Assembly (NCBI GenBank): GCA_963782055.1
Contig: CAWAIF010000003.1
Span: forward strand, 2,848,001 to 2,912,000
Direction of reading: 5' to 3'
DNA: 64,000 nt
From: an uncultured delta proteobacterium
Lineage (GTDB): Bacteria > Myxococcota_A > Polyangia > Polyangiales > Polyangiaceae
Below, piece after piece: positions 8,473 to 18,342 of the stretch (the stretch's first letter is position 1; each line of letters opens with the position of its first letter). The position numbers and the translations under genes are program-made. Below the pieces are notes generated by a model. That model made no database searches and was not told the origin of the DNA. It saw only the letters and a list, made by a program, of their open reading frames with translations.

Positions 8473-9675
8473 TCACGCGCGCAGGCGGGCGAGCGCCTCG
8501 TCGGCGCGCTGCGGGTCCACCCCGCTCAGGCAGAGCGCGCGGCCGCGACGAGGAAGGAAGACGACGCGGCACTTGCCGCGTGCCCCCGGCCAGAGGCTGG
8601 AGAGCCCGAGGTCCAGCGCGATCCCTGCGGCGACGATGCCGAGCCCGGCGAGCAGGACCGACGGCGACGCCGAGCGGACGCCGTCCACCACCGCGCCGAC
8701 GCCGACGTACGAGCCCAGCGCGAGGAAGAGCAGGCCGGCGTAGAGGCCGAGGCGCGGGAAGCGAACCTCGCGCGCCGCGCGCACCAGGCCGTCCTTGCCG
8801 ATGGTGATCTCGCGATCACGCAGGGTGCGGCCGAGCAGCTCGGTGCGGGTGCGGATGCGCACGCCGGCGCTGGAGAGGGTGACGTCGGCGGGGCGCCGGT
8901 AGGACAGGACGAAGCGCGCGAGGAGGCGCGCGAGGCCGGTGACGAGGAGCAGGCCGGTGACGGCGAGCAACGTCGTGAGGACGGCGCCGCGCGGCGCCGG
9001 CGCGAGCTCGCCCTCCACGCGTGACTCTCCGGCGGCAGCGCTCGGCGCGAGGATGGCCGCCAGCAGCGGGTCCTGCACGTCCGCGGCGAGCTTCTCCCTC
9101 GCCGTGCGGGCCGCCTTCGCCGAGCTGGTGGCGAGCGCGGCGCACGCGACGGCCATCTGCCCGCGGGTGGCGGTGCGCAGCTTGCCTGCCTCGAAGCGCC
9201 TCACCCTCTCGGCGACGGCGCCCCAGACCTCCTCCGCCCGGGCGCCCAGGGCGCGCGCGACGAGCGGGGTGGCGTCGAAGGCCGTGTCGGAGGCGAGGCG
9301 GACGAGCTCGCCGGCGATGGCCTCGGCGGAGGCGCCCTCCCAGGTGGCGAGAGCGTGGGCGGCCAGCGCCCCGGCCAGGGCGCGCTCGGCGTCGTCCTCC
9401 GGCCCGCGCGACAGCACCGCGGCCACGTCCCCGGCGTCGGTGCCGGTGTCGTCCTCCGAGAGGCCCAGCGCCTCGATCTTCGCGCGAACGGCGTCGCCCT
9501 CCAGGGGCGCGCCGCGCTCCTTCGCGCCGACGCGCAGCGACTCCCGCGCGAGCTTCGCCACGTCCTCGCGGCGCACGAGGGCGTCGATGGCGTCGAAGGC
9601 GGCGATGTCCGCGCCGAGCGACGGCTTCGGGTCGGTTCCCTCGTGGGCATCGCGCTTGGCGTCGGAAGGGGCCAT
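8473..9675 (-). CDS. Hypothetical membrane protein (helical N-terminus, about 3 C-terminal TM helices)
   Basis: Host-like codon bias. Hydrophobic segments VLTTLLAVTGLLLV, LGLYAGLLFLALG, VLLAGLGIVAAG. Start uncertain (9708 or 9675). Confidence 0.7.
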   Translation of the reverse strand: MAPSDAKRDAHEGTDPKPSLGADIAAFDAIDALVRREDVAKLARESLRVGAKERGAPLEGDAVRAKIEALGLSEDDTGTDAGDVAAVLSRGPEDDAERALAGALAAHALATWEGASAEAIAGELVRLASDTAFDATPLVARALGARAEEVWGAVAERVRRFEAGKLRTATRGQMAVACAALATSSAKAARTAREKLAADVQDPLLAAILAPSAAAGESRVEGELAPAPRGAVLTTLLAVTGLLLVTGLARLLARFVLSYRRPADVTLSSAGVRIRTRTELLGRTLRDREITIGKDGLVRAAREVRFPRLGLYAGLLFLALGSYVGVGAVVDGVRSASPSVLLAGLGIVAAGIALDLGLSSLWPGARGKCRVVFLPRRGRALCLSGVDPQRADEALARLRA

Positions 9676-9849
9676 CGGGCTTGCTTCGTCTACTGCAACG
9701 CCCGGCAAAGCTCCACTATTGCGCGCGCCATGCCCGCAGCGAGGCAGGTCGAGGCGACGCCGAGAAGTTGGCCGCCCCCCGTCGGGTTGGCTATGGCCCA
9801 GATATCACGACGCTCGAGCGGGTGCTCGGGCGCGCCGCGAGGAGACGTC

Positions 9850-10110
9850 ATGATCAAGGCCAAAGCCGAGTTGCTGACCGAGCTCAGGGGGATGTTGCGC
9901 GACGTGTTCGTCGCGAAGGCCGCCGGCCAGGAGTACGGCCGGCTCGCGCGTGCTCACGGCTATGTCGACGGCTTCATGAAGGTCATCCTGGACGCCGGCA
10001 TCGCGACCAAGGCCGAGGTGCTGGAGATCGTCGCCGCCGAGCGCGAGCGCGTCTCCGGACCCGCGCTGCGGACCCTCTCCGACCTGGACGCCGAGACCGC
10101 CGCCGCCTGA
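9850..10110 (+). CDS. Small hypothetical protein (86 aa)
   Basis: GAGGAG RBS before ATG 9850; MIKAKAELLTELRG...; strong codon bias. Confidence 0.75.
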   Translation: MIKAKAELLTELRGMLRDVFVAKAAGQEYGRLARAHGYVDGFMKVILDAGIATKAEVLEIVAAERERVSGPALRTLSDLDAETAAA

Positions 10111-10114
10111 CCCC

Positions 10115-13100
10115 TCAGGGGTTGACGAGGGCGACGTCGCCGATGGTGTCCTTGGTCGCCTGATCGGTCTGGCGGTACCAGTTGGCGATCTGCGAGGTGC
10201 CGGGGACGAACTTCGGGAAGAAGCCGGCGAACTTGCCGGTCTGCGCGATGGTCTTTGCCGTCCACGTGTGCGTGCCCGACTGGCCGGGGGCGCCGGTGGC
10301 CACGCGGAGCACGCCGGCCGTCGAGTCCTGGTAGGCGATCTTCACGTTGCCGCTGGCGTCCACCTGCATGGTGGCGTCGTCACCCACGATGTGCTGCCCG
10401 TCGGGGTAGGGCTTGCCGGAGTCGAAGCCGTCGTCGACCACCTCGGGGGCGAGGGGCTGGCCGGCGCCGCCGGGCCAGAGCAGGTACTGCAGGTGCTCCT
10501 GGATGCCGTTGATGTAGGCGACGTGCCAGTCACCGTTCGGCGCGATGAAGAGCGTCGCGGCGATGCCGTCGTCACCGGTGTCGGTGGCGTTGGGGCGGGT
10601 GCCCGTCTCGCCGTCGAGGATCGTCGCCGTCCACTTGCCGCCGGCGTTGGAGACGCCGACGAGGTTGCCGTGGACGCGGTCGTAGATGACGACGCCCAGC
10701 GTCCCGGAGGGCGACGCCGCGAGGCTGATGTAGTCGCCGTAGGCGTTGGGGTAGCTGGTGGGGATGTTGGGGTCGACGATGGCGACGCAGGTCGCGTTGC
10801 CGTTGTCGGTCACGCAGGCGTTGCCCGACGCGCAGGCGGGCTGGCAGCCGCCCACCGTGGGGGTGCAGGTGAAGGTCGTCGCGAGGCACGCCTCGTTGGA
10901 GCCGCAGAACTGGGGCTCGCAGGGGCCGGCGTCGTCCACCGCCGCGTCCTCGAAGGCCCAGTCCGTCGACGACTGCGGCACCGCCGTGCTGGCGCGGCCG
11001 ACCACCACGCGCGCCTTGGTGGCGCCGCCGGTGCCCTTCTCCATCGCCAGGAAGGCGATGACGGGCTTGCCGTTGACCATGATCATCTTCACATAGCGGC
11101 CGATGTCGGCGCCCGCCTTCTGCTGCACGACGTGGATGTTCCACTTCGACCCGTCGAACGCGGCGAACTTGAGCTGCATGTTCGTCGCGTCGTAGTAGGC
11201 GACCATCGGGTTGCCCTGGTCGTCGAGCTGCATCGAGGTCCAGAGGCCGACGTCGTCGCCGGGATCGACGAGGCCGCCGCGCCAGCCGGTGGGGTCGTTG
11301 TCGGGGCAGCTGCCGTCGGTGGGGGCGGGGGGGAGGCCGTCGACCGACTGCCACTGCACGGCCTGCTTGCCGGAGTCCCACTTGCCCACGACCAGGTCGC
11401 CGTAGAGGAAGTTGAAGCCCAGCGTCTCGGAGAGCACCGAGTCGTTGTAGCCGGCGACCCAGATGGTGCCGTCCTTGGCGGCGGCGACCGAGGTGTACGC
11501 GCCGATGAGGCCCATGGGCAGCGCGGAATCGCAAGTCTGCTTGCAGTCGCTGCCGCAGCCGTTGGCGCCTGATCCGTCGTTGCCCCCGCAGTTGCACCCC
11601 GGGTTGAACGCCGCGACCAGCGCGATCGTCCCGAACGTCACCGTGGCGGCGCGGGCAGAACCGATCTTGCGCGCCTCAGCGAAGAAAGGGAGCGGGGCCG
11701 CCCCCGTTCCACGCCGCTCGCCGCGGGGGCTTCCCCCGTGTGCCCGGCGGCGGCGCCAGCCGAGCGCCGCCAGCCCGAGCAGGGCGGGGATGGACCAGAG
11801 CCACGCGTTCTGCGGGGTGGAGCCGGGCGCGCTGCACCCGCACCCGCCGGCGGCGCCGAGGGTCGGGTCGTTGCGGCCGCGGATGAGCCCCTCTTCCTGG
11901 CTCTGCACGTTGCCGTCCTCGTCCTTCACCTCGACGGTGACCGACTGCGCGCCGTCGACGACGGCGGAGGGGATGTCGGCGACGGCGCCCCATGGCGTCC
12001 ACTCGCCCTTCTTGCCGATGGCGTCGGTGACGCGATAGCGCTGCTGCAGCGCGGAGGTGTCGCTCACGATGTCCCAGGCCGAGACGTGGAGGTCCGCTCC
12101 GCTGTGGTCGAGCGTCACGAAGGGCGGCAGCGTGTCGATGGTGAAGGGCACGAGCGCCGGCTCGGCCGACTGGCTCATCTCCTCGCCCTTCACGCGTGCC
12201 CACACCTTGAGGACGTGCTTGCCCTGCAGGAAGAGCGCGTCGTTCTTGATGGTGACGTCGCGGCCGACCTTCCACTCGCTGTGGGTGCCCTCGTCGACGG
12301 CGTAGCTGTACTCGACGACGTGGGCGCCGTTGTCCAGCGAGGAGCCGAACTGCATGTGCAGCTCGGGGAGCTTGGCGCGGTCCGCCGTCGCGAGGCCCAT
12401 CGCCTCCGGCCAGACCTTCTTGTCCAGGACGCGCGCCTGCACGTCCGCCTGCTGGACCGCGTTGCCCTTGGCGAGCGAAAGGTCGGCGAAGATGCCGACG
12501 AAGTCGTCGGAGTCCTTGGTGAGCTTGCGAATGCCGCCGTCGGGGATGGTCATGCCCAGCCCGAAGCTGGCCAGCGAGCTGGAGAGGTCGATGGGCTTGA
12601 TGCTGCCGAGGAACTGGCCGGCGATGCCGCCGAGCAGGGAGCTCAGCGACGTCGCCACGGTGGCGGGATCGTCGGTGAGCAGGCCGGCGTTGGTGACCTT
12701 CGCGTTGGCCACGCCGATGTCGCCGATGATCGGGAGCAGGGCGCCGTTGGGGTTGGTGTTGGGGTCCACCGCGGTCGACAGGTTGACCGGGATGGTCAGG
12801 TCGCCGGTGAAGGTGAAGGCCCGGACGTAGCGATCCATGCTCCAGACGTAGAAGTCGATGGAGAAGGCCTGGAGCGAGATGTTGAGCAGCGGGTCGGTCT
12901 TGAGGTCCGTGCCGCCGCCGATGCTCACGACCGGGGGCTTCTGCGGGCGCGTGGTGATGGCGACGGGCGCGCCCTTCTGCTCGAAGGTGAGCTTCTTGAT
13001 GCTCGGGATGAGCACGCTGAGCAGGCCGCTCTGGAGCTGCGAGACCTGCTCGGTGGAGACGCCCAGACACAGCAGGCCGCTGTTGTAGACGCTGCCGAAC

Positions 13101-14335
13101 GCGTAGTTCAGGAAGCGGCCGGCGAGCGCGATGCCCAGGTCCGGCCCCTTGTCACCCTGCGGCCAGGGGGAGACGGCGTTGGACTCCATCTCGTCGGGGA
13201 TGGGGATGCCGGTCGGGATCTGGTTGTCGAACGCCGGGACGCACCCGCTCTGCGGCTGCGGCAGCGTGCCGCCGAGGAAGCCGAGGGTCATGCCGTTGGG
13301 GGCATTCTTGTTGCCGTCCGGCGGGGCGGTGACGCCGGGGTCGGTCGTCGGGATCATGTTCCCGCCTGCGGCCAGCACGAAGTCCAGCCCGCCCGCGGTG
13401 CCTGGCGAGAGACTCGCCAGCGCGCCGCTCAGGTCCATGTGGCCGTCCATGCCGAGGAGCATGGGGACGCACGTGTTGGGGTCGCTCTTGTAAACGCACT
13501 TGGAGTTGTCGTTGCTCGGCTGCGAGCCCGTCGGGCAGGGCGGGTTCACGTTCGCGGTGGGCTTGGTGCAGAGCTGGCTCTGGAGCGTCGACTTGAGGGT
13601 GTTCTGCAGGGGACCGACGATCTGGCCGACCACGTAGCTCTTGAACAGGTTGACGATCGTCGAGAGGAACCCTCCGCAGAGCTGCACGTGGCCGGAGTCG
13701 ATGGTCGCGCTGACCACCATGTTGGCGGTGTCGATCTTGGTGTAGCCGTCTCGCGGGGCGATGGTCTCGGCCACCAGCGGGAGGATCGCCTCCACCGGGA
13801 AGTCGGCGTAGGTGACGTTGGGCTTGCCGTTGCTGCAGCCGCCGTTGCCGATGCCGATCTCCATGTTGCCGAGGGACGTGTTGACCGGGATGTCGTCCAC
13901 CTTCACCGGCACCGTCCCGCTCACCCGGATGGCGGGCTCGCCGTTGACCGACGTGTACTCCGCCGCGTCCAGGTGCAGCTTGGCGTTGGGCAGGTCGATC
14001 AGCGCCTTGCACTGCGTCGAGTTCGGGTTCTTGCAGATCTCGATGTTGATGAAGGTGATCTTCGTGGTGCTGTGCGGGATGTCGAAGGAGAGCGTCCCGC
14101 CCTGGCCCATCGCCGCCCCGGCGACGGTGCCGAGGTTGTCGCCGAGGAAGTCGAGGCCGTGGCGCGTCACGCGCGCGGCCGCCGCGTTCTCGACGGTGCT
14201 CGCCTTGGGGAACCCGCCGGGGAGGGGAGTGACGCCACAGCCGGCACACCCGCTGGTGCAGCCGCCCCCGCTGCACGCCACCACCGTGAAGACGAAGACA
14301 ATCGCGGACAACCGCCGCCAGAAAGAACGAAGCAT
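10115..14335 (-). CDS. 1406-aa lipoprotein: BPI/LBP-like region, Ig-like region, internal MYXO-CTERM, then beta-propeller-like region with Cys-rich insert
   Basis: N-terminal lipobox VVAC. GGCGCSAPG...WLWSIPALLGLAALGWRRRR at about 11850-11745. Repeated blade motifs (G.Y/WTS, IAYYD...LKFA). GGAGG RBS. Confidence 0.85.
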   Translation of the reverse strand: MLRSFWRRLSAIVFVFTVVACSGGGCTSGCAGCGVTPLPGGFPKASTVENAAAARVTRHGLDFLGDNLGTVAGAAMGQGGTLSFDIPHSTTKITFINIEICKNPNSTQCKALIDLPNAKLHLDAAEYTSVNGEPAIRVSGTVPVKVDDIPVNTSLGNMEIGIGNGGCSNGKPNVTYADFPVEAILPLVAETIAPRDGYTKIDTANMVVSATIDSGHVQLCGGFLSTIVNLFKSYVVGQIVGPLQNTLKSTLQSQLCTKPTANVNPPCPTGSQPSNDNSKCVYKSDPNTCVPMLLGMDGHMDLSGALASLSPGTAGGLDFVLAAGGNMIPTTDPGVTAPPDGNKNAPNGMTLGFLGGTLPQPQSGCVPAFDNQIPTGIPIPDEMESNAVSPWPQGDKGPDLGIALAGRFLNYAFGSVYNSGLLCLGVSTEQVSQLQSGLLSVLIPSIKKLTFEQKGAPVAITTRPQKPPVVSIGGGTDLKTDPLLNISLQAFSIDFYVWSMDRYVRAFTFTGDLTIPVNLSTAVDPNTNPNGALLPIIGDIGVANAKVTNAGLLTDDPATVATSLSSLLGGIAGQFLGSIKPIDLSSSLASFGLGMTIPDGGIRKLTKDSDDFVGIFADLSLAKGNAVQQADVQARVLDKKVWPEAMGLATADRAKLPELHMQFGSSLDNGAHVVEYSYAVDEGTHSEWKVGRDVTIKNDALFLQGKHVLKVWARVKGEEMSQSAEPALVPFTIDTLPPFVTLDHSGADLHVSAWDIVSDTSALQQRYRVTDAIGKKGEWTPWGAVADIPSAVVDGAQSVTVEVKDEDGNVQSQEEGLIRGRNDPTLGAAGGCGCSAPGSTPQNAWLWSIPALLGLAALGWRRRRAHGGSPRGERRGTGAAPLPFFAEARKIGSARAATVTFGTIALVAAFNPGCNCGGNDGSGANGCGSDCKQTCDSALPMGLIGAYTSVAAAKDGTIWVAGYNDSVLSETLGFNFLYGDLVVGKWDSGKQAVQWQSVDGLPPAPTDGSCPDNDPTGWRGGLVDPGDDVGLWTSMQLDDQGNPMVAYYDATNMQLKFAAFDGSKWNIHVVQQKAGADIGRYVKMIMVNGKPVIAFLAMEKGTGGATKARVVVGRASTAVPQSSTDWAFEDAAVDDAGPCEPQFCGSNEACLATTFTCTPTVGGCQPACASGNACVTDNGNATCVAIVDPNIPTSYPNAYGDYISLAASPSGTLGVVIYDRVHGNLVGVSNAGGKWTATILDGETGTRPNATDTGDDGIAATLFIAPNGDWHVAYINGIQEHLQYLLWPGGAGQPLAPEVVDDGFDSGKPYPDGQHIVGDDATMQVDASGNVKIAYQDSTAGVLRVATGAPGQSGTHTWTAKTIAQTGKFAGFFPKFVPGTSQIANWYRQTDQATKDTIGDVALVNP

Positions 14336-14450
14336 GAGTCCTCCGAGTCCGTGCCGTGCGCCGCCAGCGCCCGCGGGTGCGGGACCTTGGAGCTCGAGCA
14401 GCGCCTGGCCGTGTGCCCGGTCAGCCCGCCTCCAGAGGTAGCTCGAGTTT

Positions 14451-14466
14451 ACACCGAATTCGGTGT
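14451..14466. promoter_or_regulatory. Perfect 16-bp palindrome ACACCGAATTCGGTGT upstream of the 1406-aa gene (operator-like)
   Basis: Read directly from the sequence. Abuts a minus-strand TAAACT -10-like hexamer. Confidence 0.45.
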
Positions 14467-14586
14467 CTCGTCCGTCACGATGGTTCGACGCGGAGGTGAT
14501 GAACCATTATCCGTGTGCGAATAGCGGGCGGGGGGGGGCCGGAAGAATTTGCCGCCCTGAGCAAAATCGGGACGCCGTCCGATCGG

Positions 14587-15756
14587 TCACTCTCCGGCGG
14601 CGTCGGCGGCCCCGGCATCCCCCGCATCCGCCCCGCCATCGGCCCCTGCGTCGGCGCCGCTGTCGCTGCCGCCGTCCACCGCGCCGGCCTGGCAGTTGGG
14701 GTCAGCGGAGCCGTCGTTGATCTTCACCGCCGCGGCCGCGAACGCCGCCGACAGCCAGAAGCTGTCCGCGCACCCGCCGGGCGTCTTGGTCGTCGAGCAG
14801 AAGTCGCCGGTCGCGGCGATGTTGCCGTTGGTGTCGCGCATGCACTTGTTGTCCGGACCCTTGGCCGTCTTGGTGAGCACGACGCACAGGCTGGAGGAGA
14901 GGACCGAGACGTCGACCTGGTCGGCGTCTTCCAGCGTCATGTAGCCGCCGATGGCGCCGGCCGTGTGCCACTTGGTGCAGGAGCCCGGGTCGGAGACGAC
15001 GCAGCTCGACGTGAGCGCCTTGCTGTTGAAGCTGCCGATGCAGTTGCCGTCGCTCGAGAGCGTCGCGCTCTGCAGCACGGCATCGCGGATGGGCAGCACG
15101 ATGATGGCGTTGATGTCGCCACCGACGAACACCGGCACGTTGAGCAGCGGGATGGTGTCGGAGGTGAAGGTGTTGCCCGTCGAGTCGAAGGTGATCTTCG
15201 CCTGCTCCGGCTTCACGTCGAGGGTGCCGACCTGCTTGCGGAAGAAGCAGAAGCCCTGGCCGAAGGGGTCGCTCGAGGGGGGTGCGCCGCCGGTGGTGAC
15301 CATCCCGGCGGACTTGTCGATGCGCACCAGCCAGTTGAAGGAGCCATCGCCGCTGGGGTCCCCGCACTCCGGCGCCTTGAGGTCGATGCCCTTGGTGACG
15401 ACCGAGTCCTGGATGACCGCCGAGGTGAGGCTCGCCGGCGCGGTGAGGAAGAGGCGACGCAGGCGCATGTCCAGCGTGGTCTTGCCGGTGTTGTCGGCCA
15501 TGGGCAGGCACGTGTTCGGGTCGCCGCACTTCTGCGTGTCGATGTTGCACACGCCGTCGGTCGCGGGGCAGGAGTTGTCCGACGGGTCGCACGTGGGGGA
15601 GGGGAAGTTGCCCGGGCCGCCGCCGTCGCAGGGGGCCGGCCCCACCGACGGGTTGTACGGGCGTACGCGGTCCGGCGTGCACGCGACGACGAGCGCCGCC
15701 ACCGCGCCCGCCGCGCATCCGGTCACCGAAAGCGCCAGCAAGATCCGCTTCGTCAT
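14587..15756 (-). CDS. Cys-rich lipoprotein with DAG-repeat tail
   Basis: MTKRILLALS...LVVAC lipobox, GAGGGAG RBS, many Cys, C-terminal ADAG repeats. Confidence 0.8.
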   Translation of the reverse strand: MTKRILLALSVTGCAAGAVAALVVACTPDRVRPYNPSVGPAPCDGGGPGNFPSPTCDPSDNSCPATDGVCNIDTQKCGDPNTCLPMADNTGKTTLDMRLRRLFLTAPASLTSAVIQDSVVTKGIDLKAPECGDPSGDGSFNWLVRIDKSAGMVTTGGAPPSSDPFGQGFCFFRKQVGTLDVKPEQAKITFDSTGNTFTSDTIPLLNVPVFVGGDINAIIVLPIRDAVLQSATLSSDGNCIGSFNSKALTSSCVVSDPGSCTKWHTAGAIGGYMTLEDADQVDVSVLSSSLCVVLTKTAKGPDNKCMRDTNGNIAATGDFCSTTKTPGGCADSFWLSAAFAAAAVKINDGSADPNCQAGAVDGGSDSGADAGADGGADAGDAGAADAAGE

Positions 15757-15785
15757 CTCCCTCGTCCTCCCGAAGTCTCCGCCGG

Positions 15786-16724
15786 TCACTCCGGCAAGGT
15801 GAGCGTACCGCCGTACTCGACCATCTTGGCAAATGCCGCGAGCCGCGCCGTCAGATCCTTGCGCTGGGCGGCGAGCAGTCTGCCGGGGCCGATGCCCTCC
15901 ACGCAGAAGGAGGCGAGCGCGGCCGCGAAGAACATGCCCCGGCGCAGGCCCGCGGGGGTGACCTCCCCGTGCCGCGCGAGGTAGCCCATCAGGCCCCCGG
16001 CGAAGGTGTCGCCCGCGCCCGTCGGGTCGAGGACGTCCTCCAGCGGGTAGGCGGGGGCGTAGAAGATGCCCTGCTCATCGAAGAGGAGCGCGCCGTGCTC
16101 GCCCCGCTTGATGATGAGCATCGACGGGCCGCGGGAGCGGATGTCGCGGGCGGCCTTGACCAGGTTGTGGATGCCGGAGAGCTCGCGCGCCTCCTCGTCG
16201 TTGATGACGAGAAGGTCCACGCGCCGGAGCACGTCGGCCAGCGGCTTGGGCTCGCCGGAGATCCAGAAGTTCATCGTGTCGGCCAGGACGAGCTGCGGAC
16301 GCTCCACCTGATCGAGCACCTCCAGCTGCAGGGCCGGGTGGATGTTGCCGAGCAGCACGTAGGGCGTGCTCTTGTAGGCGGTCGGGATCTTCGGCCGGAA
16401 ATCGGCGAAGACGTTGAGGTGCGTCTCCAGGGTGGTGCGGGTCGCCAGATCGTCGGCGTAGCGGCCGCGCCAGCGGAAGGTCTTGCCTTCTGCGTGCTCC
16501 ACGCCGGCGAGGTCCACGCCTCGGGCGCGCATCAGCTCCAGGTGGGCGGCGGGGAAGTCGGCGCCCACCACGCCGACGACGCGCACCGGCGCGAGCATGG
16601 ACGCGGCGAGGGACGAGTACGTCGCCGCGCCTCCGAGGACATCGTTGAAGGTGCCCGTGGGCATCTCGAGGTCGTCGAACGCGAGCGATCCGACGACGAG
16701 CAGGGGGGACGTTTGAGGCTGCAC
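15786..16724 (-). CDS. PfkB-family carbohydrate/nucleoside kinase
   Basis: VGSLAFD, GGAATY, INDEEA, KRGEHG, DPTGAGDTFAGG. GTG at 16724 with GGAG RBS. Confidence 0.92.
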   Translation of the reverse strand: MQPQTSPLLVVGSLAFDDLEMPTGTFNDVLGGAATYSSLAASMLAPVRVVGVVGADFPAAHLELMRARGVDLAGVEHAEGKTFRWRGRYADDLATRTTLETHLNVFADFRPKIPTAYKSTPYVLLGNIHPALQLEVLDQVERPQLVLADTMNFWISGEPKPLADVLRRVDLLVINDEEARELSGIHNLVKAARDIRSRGPSMLIIKRGEHGALLFDEQGIFYAPAYPLEDVLDPTGAGDTFAGGLMGYLARHGEVTPAGLRRGMFFAAALASFCVEGIGPGRLLAAQRKDLTARLAAFAKMVEYGGTLTLPE

Positions 16725-16756
16725 GGCGTTCTCCGGGGTGGCTGGCCCCGCTTCTA

Positions 16757-17647
16757 CTACGAAAGGCCCGGCAAAAGCCACGACAGGCGAGCCTTCGCGG
16801 CGACAGAAATGCGATCGGGCGCCGTCATCACCGCGCCGGCGAGCGCGCCGTGGGCGCGGCTCTCGCGCGGGTCGAACAGGTTGCCGGCCAGCGCGCCGAT
16901 CGCGCGGCGCGCGGTGGCGACGTTCTTCTGCATCACCGCGACCACGGCCTCCACCGTGACGTCCTCCGCGGATACGTGCCAGCAGTCGTAGTCGGTGGCG
17001 AGGGCGACGGTGCAGAAGGGCAGCTCCGCCTCGCGCGCGAGCTTGGCCTCCGGCATGGACGTCATGCCGATCACCGACACGCCCCAGGAACGGTAGAGCA
17101 GGCTCTCGGCGCGGGTGGAGAACTGCGGCCCGTCGATGCAGACGTAGGTGCCGCCGCGGTGCACGCCGCGCGGGCCCTTCGCGTGGACGGAGGTGGACGC
17201 CTCGGCCGCCGCCGTGGCGAGCTTCTCGCAGACCGGGTCGGCGAAGGCGACGTGCGCGGCGATGTCCTCGTCGAAGAAGGTGGAGACGCGCCGCCGGGTG
17301 AGGTCGATGTACTGGTCGACCAGGACGAAGTCGCCCGGCTCGATCTCCTCCTTCATGGATCCGACCGCGCTCACGCTGACCAGGTGCGTCGCGCCGAGCT
17401 TCTTCAGGGCGCACACGTTCGCCCGGAAGTTGATGGAGTGCGGGGGCACGCGGTGTCCGCGGCCGTGGCGCGGCAAGAACAGCAGCGTCGTCGGGCCGGA
17501 GGGCGTCTGCAGCGTGCCGCGCACCACCGCGTCGCTCGGTGGGCCGTAGGGGGTGTCGACCGTCAGCTCCTCGACGCCCTGCAGGCCGTCCATCTCGTAG
17601 AGGCCGCTGCCGCCGAGCACGGCGAGGGTGTGGCGCGGCGCCGTCAC
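16757..17647 (-). CDS. mtnP: S-methyl-5'-thioadenosine phosphorylase
   Basis: LGGSGLY, TPYGPPS, PRHGRGH, GPQFSTRAES, GMTSMPEAKLAREAE, TDYDCW. Confidence 0.93.
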   Translation of the reverse strand: MTAPRHTLAVLGGSGLYEMDGLQGVEELTVDTPYGPPSDAVVRGTLQTPSGPTTLLFLPRHGRGHRVPPHSINFRANVCALKKLGATHLVSVSAVGSMKEEIEPGDFVLVDQYIDLTRRRVSTFFDEDIAAHVAFADPVCEKLATAAAEASTSVHAKGPRGVHRGGTYVCIDGPQFSTRAESLLYRSWGVSVIGMTSMPEAKLAREAELPFCTVALATDYDCWHVSAEDVTVEAVVAVMQKNVATARRAIGALAGNLFDPRESRAHGALAGAVMTAPDRISVAAKARLSWLLPGLS

Positions 17648-18294
17648 GGCTCCTCCTTCTCGGGGCGCAAAGAGCCGTGGCGCAGGAGCATCTCGGCAAG
17701 GCGGGCGCGCCGTGGCCGCCGGGAGCGCTCCGCCAGGACGATGGCGCGCAGGGTGTCGGCGGCGCGGTCCACGTCGTCGTTGACGATCACGTAGTCGAAG
17801 AGGGCATAGTGCTCGATCTCCCGCTTGGCGACCTGGAAGCGGCGCTGCACCACCTCCTCGCTGTCGCTGCGTCGCCCGCGCAGGCGGCGCAGGAGCTCGT
17901 CCATCGAGGGGGGCAGGATGAAGACGCCCACCACGTCCGCCACCTTGGCGCGGATCTGCCGCGCGCCCTGGTAGTCGATGTCGAAGATGATCCCGCCGCA
18001 GCCCGCCGTCTTGCGGGCGCGGTCCACCTCGGCGATCGATGTACCATACAAGTTGCCGTGGACCTCCGCCCACTCCATGAAGGCGTCCTCGGCGACGAGC
18101 CGCTCGAAGGCGGGGCGGTCCACGAAGTGGTAGTCGGTGCCGTCCTTCTCGTTCGCGCGGGGCGGCCGGGTGGTGTGGGACACCGAGAAGGCCAGCTCCG
18201 GGAAGGCGGCCTGCAGCCGCCGCGTGAGGGTGGTCTTCCCGGCGCCGCTCGGCGACGAGAGGATGAGCAGGACGAACTCGGACGGGGCGACCAT
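17644..18294 (-). CDS. gmk: Guanylate kinase
   Basis: SSPSGAGKTT, SHTTRPPR, EVHGNLYGT, DIDYQGA. Confidence 0.96.
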   Translation of the reverse strand: MVAPSEFVLLILSSPSGAGKTTLTRRLQAAFPELAFSVSHTTRPPRANEKDGTDYHFVDRPAFERLVAEDAFMEWAEVHGNLYGTSIAEVDRARKTAGCGGIIFDIDYQGARQIRAKVADVVGVFILPPSMDELLRRLRGRRSDSEEVVQRRFQVAKREIEHYALFDYVIVNDDVDRAADTLRAIVLAERSRRPRRARLAEMLLRHGSLRPEKEEP

Positions 18295-18342
18295 CGCGGG
18301 ACAGGCAACGCTAGTGCAACGCCGCCCGTTCTGGAACAGCGA

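Noticed and set aside
14530..14570. c-di-GMP-I riboswitch suggested by minus-strand GGCAAA
   Set aside because: The GNRA-capped P2 stem and downstream GCAAAG/P3 elements are not present.
17560..17700. rpoZ expected after gmk
   Set aside because: gmk overlaps mtnP directly, leaving no room. This is gene-order variation only.
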